Assembly (NCBI GenBank): GCA_041746255.1 | Contig: JBGTHM010000067.1 | Location: 1 to 64,000, forward strand | Direction of reading: 5' to 3' | DNA: 64,000 nucleotides | Source of the DNA: Fibrobacteria bacterium | GTDB taxonomy: Bacteria; Fibrobacterota; Fibrobacteria; UBA11236 | Part shown: positions 9,873 to 19,422 of the stretch, piece by piece | How the letters are laid out: each line of letters begins with the position of its first letter | Position numbering within the stretch: position 1 is the first letter of the stretch | The notes under the pieces: model-generated | Databases searched by the model: none | What the model was told of the DNA's origin: nothing | Seen by the model: only the letters and a program-made list of their open reading frames with translations | Position numbers and translations under genes: made by a program

Positions 9873-11641
9873 GGCAGGACTAGGCTCCGGCTGAAACTAG
9901 TGGAGCCGGTGCGTAAGGTAGCCACCACAATTCCAGGTTTTATTTTTTCGCCCCTGTCATTCGTTCCGTTCCAATGGAGGGTTTGACCGCGGGCATCGCC
10001 CACATTCAGAGTCCGCAAATGACCTCCTTGAAGCGTCGCGAGAACCAGGGTGGCAGGGCCTTCCATCCCGGAGGCAATCTGGAAGGAAAATCCGGCAGCC
10101 TCCGCTCTAGCATGGAAGGCCGGGAGGCCCGCGGCCCCAGGGCTTTTCGCATCGATAGCTACGACGGACCCACCTGTGGAAAAGCGGCTGAGGAAAGTTT
10201 CGTCCGTGGCATTGCCGGCATAGTCCTTTATGCCTCCTTTGGGAATCACCACTTCATAGGTGGTATTGGCTTTCAAGGGATCCTTGGGGGAGAAATTCAC
10301 GATATTGGTTTGGGAACTGTACCAACCGGTAAGGGCCTGGCCTCCGACGGGACGGACGATGAAAGTGGCCGGCCCCACGGATTGCAAGTCGATTTGATCG
10401 GTGAAGGTAACGCCGATACGGCTGCTCGGTTTCCGGTTAACCGATCCGTTGGTGGGATTGACCATGTTGACCACGGGCGGATTATGGTCCGGACCGGCCT
10501 GGTGGGCGATGAGACTGCTCCCTACGCTGTGGTCATCGGTTACCAGAACCAGGTTGCCCAGCACATTGGCGAAGCCTTCCTGAGCATCAATACCGGTGGG
10601 CCCGACCTCCAGTTGATAGGAATTATTGACAATGGAAAAATCGGAAAGTCTGAACTTAGCGTAGCGGTCTTCCAAGCCCATATGCGCAAAACCATCCTGC
10701 ACGGAAACGTATTCGCCCCGATTGCCGGCTTTGATGGATTCCCCCACCTTTTTGATGGCGGTAGGATCACTCATATCATGCACCACGAGTTTGCCCGCAA
10801 ACCGAGTAACGCCCGCGCAGTAAAGCCGGTTGCCGTTGAAAAAAGTGCTGTAACATTCGGTGGAATTGTCCGTACCCAGCAGTACGGGGCGGTTGGGTAC
10901 GGAGATGTCCAGCGTGCTGTACCCGGGATTGCGACCCGTGCCCATATTGGAGGCCACCAGAAGATTCCCCACCACGAAAAGCGGTCCCAATTTGAATCCC
11001 CCCGTCTTGGTGATGGGGAAAGCCGCCTTAGGTTGGCCGTCCACCATGATGTCCATCAGTTTGGGGTTGGCCAGGTCGGTAGCATCAACGACGCTGAAAC
11101 CATCCAGCCCACGTCCCACGAATAGATAAGGGGCTTGCCAATGAACCCACCAGGATCCATGGTCATAATCGCTGTCAAAGACGCCAGAAATGCGGAAATC
11201 CTTGACAAGGAAGGGCTTCAACACGTTTGTGATATTCCAGATGTGTACTCCGTGAATGGATTGCATGGCGACATAGTCCTCCCCTCCCTGGGAATGAAAA
11301 CCGAACCCGTGGGCCTCCCGTAAATCCGGAACATCTATCGCGTGAACGAGTTTTATGGAGCGTGGGTTGGAGATGTCGTAGAAGGCTATTCCTCCTCCCG
11401 GCTTTCCGGAATCCTCCCCGTAAACGACGAATAGATACCCCTTGTGCATAGCCGCGGAATTCAAGCCCTTCGCGGCGGAAGGGTTTTTTACCGAAAACTG
11501 CCTGATGGTGGACAGTGTCTTGAAGAGCTCGGATTGTTTATAGGTAAGATTGGGAAGGCCCGGCCCTATCTGAGCGGAAACTAAAACCGGGAATAGGAGC
11601 AGGGCGAGAGCGGGGGCAAGGAAAAATTTCCCATATTTCAT
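9869..11641 (-). CDS. Secreted LVIVD-like beta-propeller + Big_5 (SbsA Ig-like) protein with FlgD-like C-terminal domain
   Basis: ATG at 11641 preceded by GGAGA; signal peptide MKYGKFFLAPALALLL; D(I/V)SxP repeats; PPVV-x-x-VNP-NG...F-P-x-x-PL-x-ANTTY...IKDYAGN; stop overlaps the next gene's start (TTGA). Confidence 0.8.
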   Translation of the reverse strand: MKYGKFFLAPALALLLFPVLVSAQIGPGLPNLTYKQSELFKTLSTIRQFSVKNPSAAKGLNSAAMHKGYLFVVYGEDSGKPGGGIAFYDISNPRSIKLVHAIDVPDLREAHGFGFHSQGGEDYVAMQSIHGVHIWNITNVLKPFLVKDFRISGVFDSDYDHGSWWVHWQAPYLFVGRGLDGFSVVDATDLANPKLMDIMVDGQPKAAFPITKTGGFKLGPLFVVGNLLVASNMGTGRNPGYSTLDISVPNRPVLLGTDNSTECYSTFFNGNRLYCAGVTRFAGKLVVHDMSDPTAIKKVGESIKAGNRGEYVSVQDGFAHMGLEDRYAKFRLSDFSIVNNSYQLEVGPTGIDAQEGFANVLGNLVLVTDDHSVGSSLIAHQAGPDHNPPVVNMVNPTNGSVNRKPSSRIGVTFTDQIDLQSVGPATFIVRPVGGQALTGWYSSQTNIVNFSPKDPLKANTTYEVVIPKGGIKDYAGNATDETFLSRFSTGGSVVAIDAKSPGAAGLPAFHARAEAAGFSFQIASGMEGPATLVLATLQGGHLRTLNVGDARGQTLHWNGTNDRGEKIKPGIVVATLRTGSTSFSRSLVLP

Positions 11642-11920
11642 TATCTTCTCCAGAATCCGTTGGGCGGCAGGCAAATACGATGATCAGAGGATTAATATAA
11701 GCTTTTTCCCCGGTAATCGCTTGTCAATAAAAAGCTGCGGCGCATCCCAACTTTAGGACGCCTAAATATTAAAACAAGCCTATGTTACTATTAGAGATTC
11801 AAATTTACACTTCGATTTCCTAAAGCCAACGTTCGTGAGGTTGACCAAATGGACCTGCATAAACATTCGTTGCAATTTCGGGATTTACTATACGCTCCTC
11901 TAGAAAAAGAGACGGGAATT

Positions 11921-13240
11921 ATGCTGCTCCATCGATGCTTCCCGGTAATAGGCCTTCCCGTCCTGATCACATCCTTTGTCTCCTTAGTATCTCTGCTCCT
12001 CCTTCCGGTTCGGATTCAAGCCCAACCCGGTCCCGACCTCCTTCCAATCGCAGGAAAACCCCTCTTCGCAAACGGCATCAACGCCGCCTGGAATCATTTC
12101 GGCACCGATGTCGGGCGCCATGCTTCGTGGGGCGTACTTTACGACTCTGCGTTTTTCGACGATATGTTCCGCGAAGTGGCGAAGGCCGGCGGCAACTCCG
12201 TGCGTTGGTGGCTGCATTGCGATGGACGCTCAACACCGGAATTCGACTCCCATGGCATCGTTACCGGACTGGACGTCGAATTTTTCGATCATTTCGATGC
12301 GATTTTACGCGCGGCCGTCCGGCATACCGTCAAAGTCATGCCCGTGCTCTGGTCTTTCGACATGGCCAATGATGTAACGGCCAACGCCGGGCCCTATGGA
12401 GGCAAGCATATCAAACTCATTACCGATACGTCCGCCACCCAAGCGTATATCCACCATGTATTGACTCCCCTGATTCGTCGCTATAAAGGGCATGCGGGAA
12501 TTCTCGCTTGGGAAATCTGCAATGAACCGGAATGGATGTTGGAAGGCGACGGCAGCACCCTGCAACGTGCCAGCGCGCTGGAACTACAACGGTGGCACGG
12601 ACTCTTGGCCGGCGCCATTCATCGCGAAGACCCTACGGCGCTGGTCACAACCGGATCAGCTTCCTTCAAATGGAATTGGGATAATCCCACAGGAAGCGAG
12701 CGGAATCTGTGGTCGGATTCGGCTTTGATCGCGGCCTCGGGCGATCCGAAAGGTTTTCTGGATTTTTACCAAGTGCATTATTACTCCTGGATGCGCGGTA
12801 ACACTTGGACTTACAGTCCTTTCGACAAACCCGCCTCCTTTTGGAAGTTGGACAAACCCGTAATGGTCGGAGAGTTTCCTGCGCTGGGAGAAACCGGATA
12901 TAAAACCTCGGTGGAAATGCACCGGTGGTTGGCCGACCAGGGTTATACCGGTTCTTTTTCGTGGACCTATAAAGGCAATGACGAATACGGCAAATGGTCC
13001 GATGCCAAGCCAGGTGTGGAGTCGATAGCTATCGCCTATCCCCAAGCGGTGCGACCGGAAGGGACTTCGCTGCGCTGGCCGATGCCCCTAGTCCGACAGA
13101 CTCCCCATTGGCAAGCAATCTGGCTGCCGCAGCAAAACGGCATGCTGGTAATAAGGGAAGCGGGCGAGGGAAGGAGATTCATCCTCACCGGCAGAAAGGT
13201 GGATAAGGTTTTCCCCTCACGCTATAATCCGGGGGAATAA
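11921..13240 (+). CDS. Secreted GH5 glycoside hydrolase (endo-beta-mannanase-like, GH5_10-like)
   Basis: NGINAAW, VRWWLHCDG, AWEICNEPE (acid/base), LDFYQVHYY, KPVMVGEF (nucleophile); start may be 11849 or 11921. Confidence 0.85.
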   Translation: MLLHRCFPVIGLPVLITSFVSLVSLLLLPVRIQAQPGPDLLPIAGKPLFANGINAAWNHFGTDVGRHASWGVLYDSAFFDDMFREVAKAGGNSVRWWLHCDGRSTPEFDSHGIVTGLDVEFFDHFDAILRAAVRHTVKVMPVLWSFDMANDVTANAGPYGGKHIKLITDTSATQAYIHHVLTPLIRRYKGHAGILAWEICNEPEWMLEGDGSTLQRASALELQRWHGLLAGAIHREDPTALVTTGSASFKWNWDNPTGSERNLWSDSALIAASGDPKGFLDFYQVHYYSWMRGNTWTYSPFDKPASFWKLDKPVMVGEFPALGETGYKTSVEMHRWLADQGYTGSFSWTYKGNDEYGKWSDAKPGVESIAIAYPQAVRPEGTSLRWPMPLVRQTPHWQAIWLPQQNGMLVIREAGEGRRFILTGRKVDKVFPSRYNPGE

Positions 13241-13266
13241 ACCCCCTGTAGCTTCGCATGAAACTC
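13222..13266. repeat. Direct repeat copy 1: diverged duplicate of the asnB 3' end
   Basis: 13228-13266 matches 14619-14657 at 34/39 nt; the minus strand reads EFHAKLQGVYSPGL*. Confidence 0.85.
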
Positions 13267-13289
13267 TTCCTAGCCGCGATTCCCGTGGC

Positions 13290-14489
13290 TTAACGGATAA
13301 TTTTCCCGGCCCACAGGCGGCCTAAAAATTCTTTCCAGGGCAACACATCCACTTCCCCCGATCTTCGCGGCTCCGGCTCATTACATACCATAATACTCAT
13401 GCGGGGACTCGCATCCTGGCGAAAATCTTCCAGGCCTTTGAAATCACTTCGGTCCAGACGCGAACTTCCCTTTACTTCCACGGCGACTTCGCCTTCTCCT
13501 AAAATGAAATCGACTTCAAGGCCGGTTTTGGTGCGCCAATAGCGGATAGAAAACTCTCCCTCGGTATAGGACCTATAGGCCAGCAGCTCCATGAATATCC
13601 AATGTTCAAAGGCGCGTCCGAACTCCGGCCCCTTGGCCTCCTCAATCCGGCGCTTGCAGAGCACTCCCGCAACTCCGACATCGAACAAATAAAATTTGGG
13701 CGCTTTAGACAAAACGTCACGGCGATGTGTATGCGTATACGGGCGGACGAAATGTCCTAAAAGGGTATCTTCCAATATGTGAAAATATTCTTGGATGGTC
13801 TTCGACGACACGCCCGAGTCACGGGCAATATTGGAATAGTTCACCATTTCGCCATGGCTGAAAGCTACCACGTCCAAAAACTTGGAAAAGGCAGGAACAT
13901 TGCGTGCCAACCCTTCCGCCAGTATTTCTTCCTTCAAGTAATCATAGACATAAGCCTGTACTGATTTCCGGTACGCATCTTCCAGATAATGGGAGGGTAC
14001 CAATCCATGATTTAACACCCGCAGTAGATCAATTTCATGGCCGGATGCTTGCAGCTCTTCGCTGGTAAGCGGGTGCAGATGATACTTCCATGCGCGGCCA
14101 CCTAACAGGTTCGCTTGCCCTTTTTTCAGTTTGCGGGCACTCGACCCGCAGAGAATGAAACTGAGGCCATGGTTTTCGATTAGATAATGTACCTCGTCCA
14201 GCACCTGCGGAATTTTCTGCACTTCGTCCAAAATAATGGGGTGGCGCAACAAATCCGTGTGTTGTGCCAAAAGGCGCTCGCGTAAAAGCGCGGGACGTTT
14301 GGAAATTTCGAAGAATAAATCGGTTTGCAAAAAATCGTAGCGAAGGCTTTGTGGAAAATGTTCCCGCAAATAAGTTGATTTACCGGATTTGCGGGGACCC
14401 CATAAAAAGGCGCTTTTCCCTGGGGGAAGGTGCATCTGGAGCTGCCGGGAAATTCTAACTAATTTGGAGTACACTCCATAATAGTACAA
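13290..14489 (-). CDS. AAA+ ATPase (AAA_14 + DUF4143)
   Basis: Walker A GPRKSGKST, Walker B ILDEVQ, GSSARKL, PKFYLFDVG, C-terminal EVDF...EVK; exact start uncertain. Confidence 0.9.
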   Translation of the reverse strand: MYYYGVYSKLVRISRQLQMHLPPGKSAFLWGPRKSGKSTYLREHFPQSLRYDFLQTDLFFEISKRPALLRERLLAQHTDLLRHPIILDEVQKIPQVLDEVHYLIENHGLSFILCGSSARKLKKGQANLLGGRAWKYHLHPLTSEELQASGHEIDLLRVLNHGLVPSHYLEDAYRKSVQAYVYDYLKEEILAEGLARNVPAFSKFLDVVAFSHGEMVNYSNIARDSGVSSKTIQEYFHILEDTLLGHFVRPYTHTHRRDVLSKAPKFYLFDVGVAGVLCKRRIEEAKGPEFGRAFEHWIFMELLAYRSYTEGEFSIRYWRTKTGLEVDFILGEGEVAVEVKGSSRLDRSDFKGLEDFRQDASPRMSIMVCNEPEPRRSGEVDVLPWKEFLGRLWAGKIIR

Positions 14490-14522
14490 CTATTTTAACC
14501 TAAGGGTCAAAATAGTTGTACT
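14483..14522. promoter_or_regulatory. 40-bp near-perfect palindrome at the 5' end of the ATPase gene (possible operator or hairpin)
   Basis: AGTACAACTATTTT (14483-14496) and AAAATAGTTGTACT (14509-14522) are perfect 14-bp arms. Confidence 0.5.
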
Positions 14523-14612
14523 TACCCCCCTATTTCCGCTAAAATCGACCCATTTTGCGATTTACCCCTAACCGACTTTTTTAACCCAAATAATAATCAG
14601 GCGGCAGGAACA

Positions 14613-14657
14613 CTAGGGTCCAGGGGAATAAACCCCCTGTGGTTTTGCATGAAATTC
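14613..14657. repeat. Direct repeat copy 2: the actual asnB 3' end
   Basis: Minus strand EFHAKPQGVYSPGP*; matches 13222-13266. Confidence 0.85.
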
Positions 14658-16571
14658 CTGTATCCAGACGGAGAGCACATAGGCCGACCATAAGAAGGCG
14701 GCATGCTTCGTATCGCCCGCCAAAAACCCTCTCCAAATTTCGCGAAGCCTATCCATGTCGAGATAGGCTTCCAGCGGGGAAGATCGTGAGGATGTATTCG
14801 AGGAAGTGTTTGCGCCGAACAATTGCGCTGTGACCCGGGCGCGCCACTTATCACGCATATAGGCATCCACGGGGATGGCGAAGCCGGTTTTGGGTTGGGT
14901 CAGCAGCGACGGCTCCACCTTTTTTTCCGCCAAGCGACGCAGCAGGTATTTGCATTCGCCGCGGCTAATCTTGAGCGCCGCCGGCAAAGTGAAGGCATAG
15001 GAAACCAAATCCTGATCGAGCAAGGGGCTGCGCAATTCCAAGGAGTTGGCCATGCTCATGCGATCGGCCTTGACCAACACGTTTTCGCACATGTAAAGCC
15101 GTGTATCCACGTATAGCGCGCGATTGAGTTCATCCCAGCCTTGGGTACGTTGGTAAAGAGCGCGCATGATATCCAGAGCCGGGTCCGCGCCCATGCGGAG
15201 GGCAGGGTTTAGCGCCGCTTCGCCGCAGCGCAGGGGCGACTGGTCTAGGTAGAAAGCCTTTATGGAGTCGGAGGCGAGATTACGCAGCACGGTTTTAAGC
15301 CGCAAGGGACGCGGCAGCGATTGCGAGTCGGGCCAGAGCGCATGCAATCCCGAGGCCATGGGGGAAAGGAGAGCTTCGGGAAGCAGTCGGCGCAGACGCT
15401 GCTCCATCAAATAGGGGAGGTAACGCGCAGAATACCCCCCGAAAGGCTCGTCACCTCCGTCTCCGGTCAAGGCTACCGTGACCTCGCGGCGAGCCGCGCG
15501 GCAGATGAGATAGGTAGGCAGGATGGAGGAGTCGGCCAGAGGTTCTCCCAAGGGATGCATCAGTCTCGGCAGGAGATCGTCTTCGGCCTCGTCCAGGTCG
15601 AGCACTTGATGTTGCGCGCCATAATAGGCCGCCGCCTTAATCGCCGCCTGGCGCTCGTCGCCGATACCGGACATTCTCCCCTGCGATTTGAAGCCCACGG
15701 TAAAGGCGCGCACCGGGTCTTGCGAGACGCGCGCCATCGATGCCACCACCAGATTGCTGTCTATGCCTCCGGATAGGAATGCCCCCAAGGGCACTTCGCT
15801 GATAAGCCGACGCGCCACTCCCTGATCGAGCAGGCCGGACAGCTTTTCCAGCGCCTCGTTTTCGCTCACCGCCACGCTTCCGGGCGCCGCCTCGGGTTGT
15901 ATGTCCCAGAATTGCCAATGGCGTATTCCCTCTACCGAAATGCGCAGAGCATGGCCGGCTTCCAGTTTGCGCACGCCGGCATAAATGCAATGGGGCGCGG
16001 GAACGTAACCCAGGGAGAAGTACAGTCGCAAGGCTTCCGGCGAGAGCTTATCCGGCATAAGACCGCAAGCGCGCAAGGCGTTCACGTCGCTGGCGAAATG
16101 GAAGGTACCGGAATTTTCGAAATAGTAAAAGGGCTTTTTACCGATGGGATCGCGCGCGGCGAAAAGGGTGCGCTTATCGGCATCGTAAAGCGCGAAGGCG
16201 AACATGCCCCGCAGGCGCTCCAACAACCCTTCGCCCCAAGCGCGATAGCCATGCAATAAGACTTCGGTGTCGCTGCGGGTTTTAAAGCGATGGCCTAAGG
16301 CTTCCAGTTCTTTACGCAAGGGGCCGAAGTTGTAGATTTCCCCGTTGAACACCACCGCGAGTCGGTTGTCGACGGTGCGCATGGGCTGGTCGCCTCCAGC
16401 CCGGTCGATAATGCTGAGGCGCCGGTGACCCAGTACCACCCCCTGGTTTTCATACACTCCGTCATCGTCCGGGCCGCGGTAGGCCATGGCCAGGTTCATG
16501 CTTTGCGCGCGCGCGCGGGCTTCCGAGGGGAGGTTCGAGTTGGGGGAGAAAAGGCCGCTGATACCGCACAT
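14613..16571 (-). CDS. asnB: Asparagine synthase (glutamine-hydrolysing)-like amidotransferase, polysaccharide-locus type
   Basis: MCGI N-terminal Cys, RGPD, HRRLSIID, FNGEIYN, LSGGIDS, TGDGGDE, KADRMSMANSLELRSP. Confidence 0.93.
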   Translation of the reverse strand: MCGISGLFSPNSNLPSEARARAQSMNLAMAYRGPDDDGVYENQGVVLGHRRLSIIDRAGGDQPMRTVDNRLAVVFNGEIYNFGPLRKELEALGHRFKTRSDTEVLLHGYRAWGEGLLERLRGMFAFALYDADKRTLFAARDPIGKKPFYYFENSGTFHFASDVNALRACGLMPDKLSPEALRLYFSLGYVPAPHCIYAGVRKLEAGHALRISVEGIRHWQFWDIQPEAAPGSVAVSENEALEKLSGLLDQGVARRLISEVPLGAFLSGGIDSNLVVASMARVSQDPVRAFTVGFKSQGRMSGIGDERQAAIKAAAYYGAQHQVLDLDEAEDDLLPRLMHPLGEPLADSSILPTYLICRAARREVTVALTGDGGDEPFGGYSARYLPYLMEQRLRRLLPEALLSPMASGLHALWPDSQSLPRPLRLKTVLRNLASDSIKAFYLDQSPLRCGEAALNPALRMGADPALDIMRALYQRTQGWDELNRALYVDTRLYMCENVLVKADRMSMANSLELRSPLLDQDLVSYAFTLPAALKISRGECKYLLRRLAEKKVEPSLLTQPKTGFAIPVDAYMRDKWRARVTAQLFGANTSSNTSSRSSPLEAYLDMDRLREIWRGFLAGDTKHAAFLWSAYVLSVWIQEFHAKPQGVYSPGP

Positions 16572-16651
16572 AATCCGGAAAAGGTAACCCCTTTTTCATA
16601 GGAAATAAGGGCGACGCCGCACGCATGGCTGCCGGACCTTTTCGCTATCCG

Positions 16652-19408
16652 TCAAAAATCGGTGGCGACCTGAATATCCCGGTTGACTTCGGTAAGAAAA
16701 TTCTTCCAATGGAATTTGCCGATGCCGGGATGGATCAAGGGAAATTCCTGATAATGATCCACCACGGGCAATAAATTTTCCCAATGGGTCTTGGCTTTTT
16801 TTATCGCTGTAATCGCACTGGTTTTGTCTCCGGCCGATTTTTTAACCCGATAGGTTTCCAGAAAAACCGCCGCCCTCAGTTTATCCGCGAAGTAGAGTGA
16901 GAGATGGCTCCAAGCCTTCACATCCATGACTTCGCATTCCAATTGCGGCGATCCGCCGGACACGGCTGATATCAGGCTAAGCGCATTTTCACCGGTGCGC
17001 TGCAATTCGTCCGCCAATCCAAGGGGAGTTATTTTTCCGGCCGGGAGAGTTCCGGCCTGAGCGCGGCTGACATATTCTTTCACCGATAAATATTTGGGGT
17101 CATAAACCGGGTGGTCCATCAATTCGCGCAAGGAAATGAAACGCGATTTTCCATCATCGAATCCCGATTTGATGAGGGGAGCCAGAAAGCCCTCGGCATG
17201 CAGGGTATAGTCCGACCCATACAGGAAATACGAAGCCAACCTCAAGGGCATTTTGGAAGCGTCGGCATATGCCTTAACCAGGGATGCCCCGGCCTGCGTA
17301 TTGAATTTTTCCTTAAAGGCATTTTCAAATACGGCATCCGGGGTGGCGGGATTATATAACAATCGGCCCCATTGCATATAAAACAACCACTGCCGTTCGT
17401 ACGAGTAGGTCCAGTTTTTATGGGTGTGGGGAGTCTTGTGAATGTAAGCTTTGGCCGGAATATAGGTTTCGGATCCGATGTTATATCCGGAAATATACTC
17501 CTGGGTGTTCTTACTGATATGCTCGCGAATCCAACCGGGTTCGCCCCAGCGCAAGGCGAAAAAATCTTCGTTGCGGATGGTCCACACCACGGAATAATTT
17601 TTGGGGGGAGGATTCCAATAGGTATCGGTAAGCTCGCCTCCGTGAACATAGACAAGATCGGTGGCCGAATGTCCGTGGGACCAATTGTATTTGAAGGAAA
17701 CCAGGACCGGGCCTTCAATATTGGATGCTTCCAGGTTGAGGCCTTCAAGATAGTTTCGGGTGAGGACCTCGGTTTCGACGCTGGTGGAGCCGTTAGGAAG
17801 CGTATCGCTGGACAAGGGAGCCCGATGCCAGAATTTGGCTTTGCGATTAGCCGCCTTCATGCCGTCGACAAAGGTCCGGGAAATCCAATCCTTGCGCTCG
17901 GCGGGCGTCATTCCCCCCATGCCTTCGCCCAAAGTGATTCCCAGACCGGTTAAATCGGGGTATTCATTGATTACTTGGGTAATGGATTCCCGGTGGTAGG
18001 TTTCGATGACTTTGCTTTTGCCTCCGTCTCCATGCGAGGATGAAAAGTCGTCGAGCACATTTTTATCATAATTGTTTTTAAAACCTTGGGTAACGAAAAT
18101 ATTCCAGTTGATGAGATAGGTTTCAATCCCCCGGCTTTTGGCCAATGCGAAAAGCGATTTCCAGAAATCCTGTTTGGCTTTGAGTTCGGCATCGTTGAAA
18201 GGAGAAGCCTTCGGGAAATTTTTGGGCCGAATCAGGTAGGGAAAGGGATGCAGCGACCACAAGGAAAGGGTATTGAACCGGTTTTCGGCCATCATGTCGA
18301 TAAAGCCTTTCCAATATTCGATATCCCAAAAAGTATCGGTGTGCAGTTGCAGGGATTCGTGACGACGGTAGGATGAAAACGGGGTATTGAATTTGATGCT
18401 GCGCACCGAGTATTGGGGATTCACCGTTTTCGCCTGAACATTGGCCAAGCCTTGCATGGAGAGCATTTCCGCCACTTCCAAACCGCCATACATCAATCCC
18501 GATTCATCCAATGCTTCCACCATGATTTGTGCGCCCGTTTTCCGGATGGCAAAACCCTCTTTTTGCAGGGAGGGGTTGGCCTGGGCGGCGATCAGGCTGA
18601 AGGAAATACCCTCCGCCCCGGCTAGGGGTGTTGCGGTGAGCGCCGGTTTTCGGTTGAGGCGCCTTAACTTTTCCGAGATTTTTCCCGCTGCGAACAATTG
18701 GTGCGAGGATTGCAAATTAAGGCTGATTGGGAAGGGCGCACCCACCACCTCGGGCATTAGGACGACGTCCCCCAAGTCGACCGTTCCCAAAGTAACGGTT
18801 ACGATCCGGGGCTGATAGGAAGCATGACTGAAATGAATGGAATCCAAAACCCCGGCATTTAGGTTGGTTTTAGCCAGGCTCATCGGCGGAGCCTGCTTAA
18901 TCGAAAGGGATGCATCATGGGGTGATGCCCGGCCCATCATCGGAGTAAAGCGGAAGGTGCGGGCAAAATCAGGTGACTTTACCTGCACAAAAAAAATGCC
19001 GGTCTGGGCCGGAGCGATAAGGCGATCCAGATTCCAATGATATTGGCCGGGTTCGAGGGTTTCGGTGAACTTGTGGATACGTTGCCCTCCCAAGGATGAC
19101 ACCGTTACTTCAATAGGGTTACTGGCGGCGAGAGTGAATTGCAACCGGTTGGCATTCACTTGCAAGGTGTTGCGGAAAAGGACGTCGCCGGAAAGGCCGA
19201 TTCCCACCGCATTGCCCGAAAAGGAAAACTTCCCCAGGGCATCGGTCGTTTGTTTCTGCCCGTATTTCGGAAACGCTACCGTTACTCCGGGTAGAACTTG
19301 TTTTTTATCATCGATGGCTCTTCCGGTTATGTTCAGAGAAACGGTTTGCGATTGGGTGACTGAAAGCGTCCCGCATAAAACCAGAAGAATCGTTCCTATC
19401 ATTTTCAT
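16652..19408 (-). CDS. Secreted uncharacterised glycoside-hydrolase-like protein (GH20/GH67-like zincin N-domain + TIM-barrel-like), paralogue 1
   Basis: Likely start MKMIGTILLVLCG at 19408 (signal peptide); GLMYGGLEVAE, KFN, SLWSLHPFP, YPDLTG, RNEDFF, WGRLLYNP shared with two neighbouring genes. Confidence 0.75.
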   Translation of the reverse strand: MKMIGTILLVLCGTLSVTQSQTVSLNITGRAIDDKKQVLPGVTVAFPKYGQKQTTDALGKFSFSGNAVGIGLSGDVLFRNTLQVNANRLQFTLAASNPIEVTVSSLGGQRIHKFTETLEPGQYHWNLDRLIAPAQTGIFFVQVKSPDFARTFRFTPMMGRASPHDASLSIKQAPPMSLAKTNLNAGVLDSIHFSHASYQPRIVTVTLGTVDLGDVVLMPEVVGAPFPISLNLQSSHQLFAAGKISEKLRRLNRKPALTATPLAGAEGISFSLIAAQANPSLQKEGFAIRKTGAQIMVEALDESGLMYGGLEVAEMLSMQGLANVQAKTVNPQYSVRSIKFNTPFSSYRRHESLQLHTDTFWDIEYWKGFIDMMAENRFNTLSLWSLHPFPYLIRPKNFPKASPFNDAELKAKQDFWKSLFALAKSRGIETYLINWNIFVTQGFKNNYDKNVLDDFSSSHGDGGKSKVIETYHRESITQVINEYPDLTGLGITLGEGMGGMTPAERKDWISRTFVDGMKAANRKAKFWHRAPLSSDTLPNGSTSVETEVLTRNYLEGLNLEASNIEGPVLVSFKYNWSHGHSATDLVYVHGGELTDTYWNPPPKNYSVVWTIRNEDFFALRWGEPGWIREHISKNTQEYISGYNIGSETYIPAKAYIHKTPHTHKNWTYSYERQWLFYMQWGRLLYNPATPDAVFENAFKEKFNTQAGASLVKAYADASKMPLRLASYFLYGSDYTLHAEGFLAPLIKSGFDDGKSRFISLRELMDHPVYDPKYLSVKEYVSRAQAGTLPAGKITPLGLADELQRTGENALSLISAVSGGSPQLECEVMDVKAWSHLSLYFADKLRAAVFLETYRVKKSAGDKTSAITAIKKAKTHWENLLPVVDHYQEFPLIHPGIGKFHWKNFLTEVNRDIQVATDF

Positions 19409-19422
19409 ACGATGGTACCTGC

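Noticed and set aside
9974..11125. 383-aa plus-strand ORF
   Set aside because: Antisense shadow of the propeller/Ig gene; expected from codon bias
11694..11727. Minus-strand TTGACA...TATATT promoter
   Set aside because: Spacer is 22 nt, too long for sigma70
14483..14522. Reading the palindrome as an integron attC site
   Set aside because: Shorter than typical attC, cores do not match RYYYAAC/GTTRRRY, and there is no integrase or cassette array
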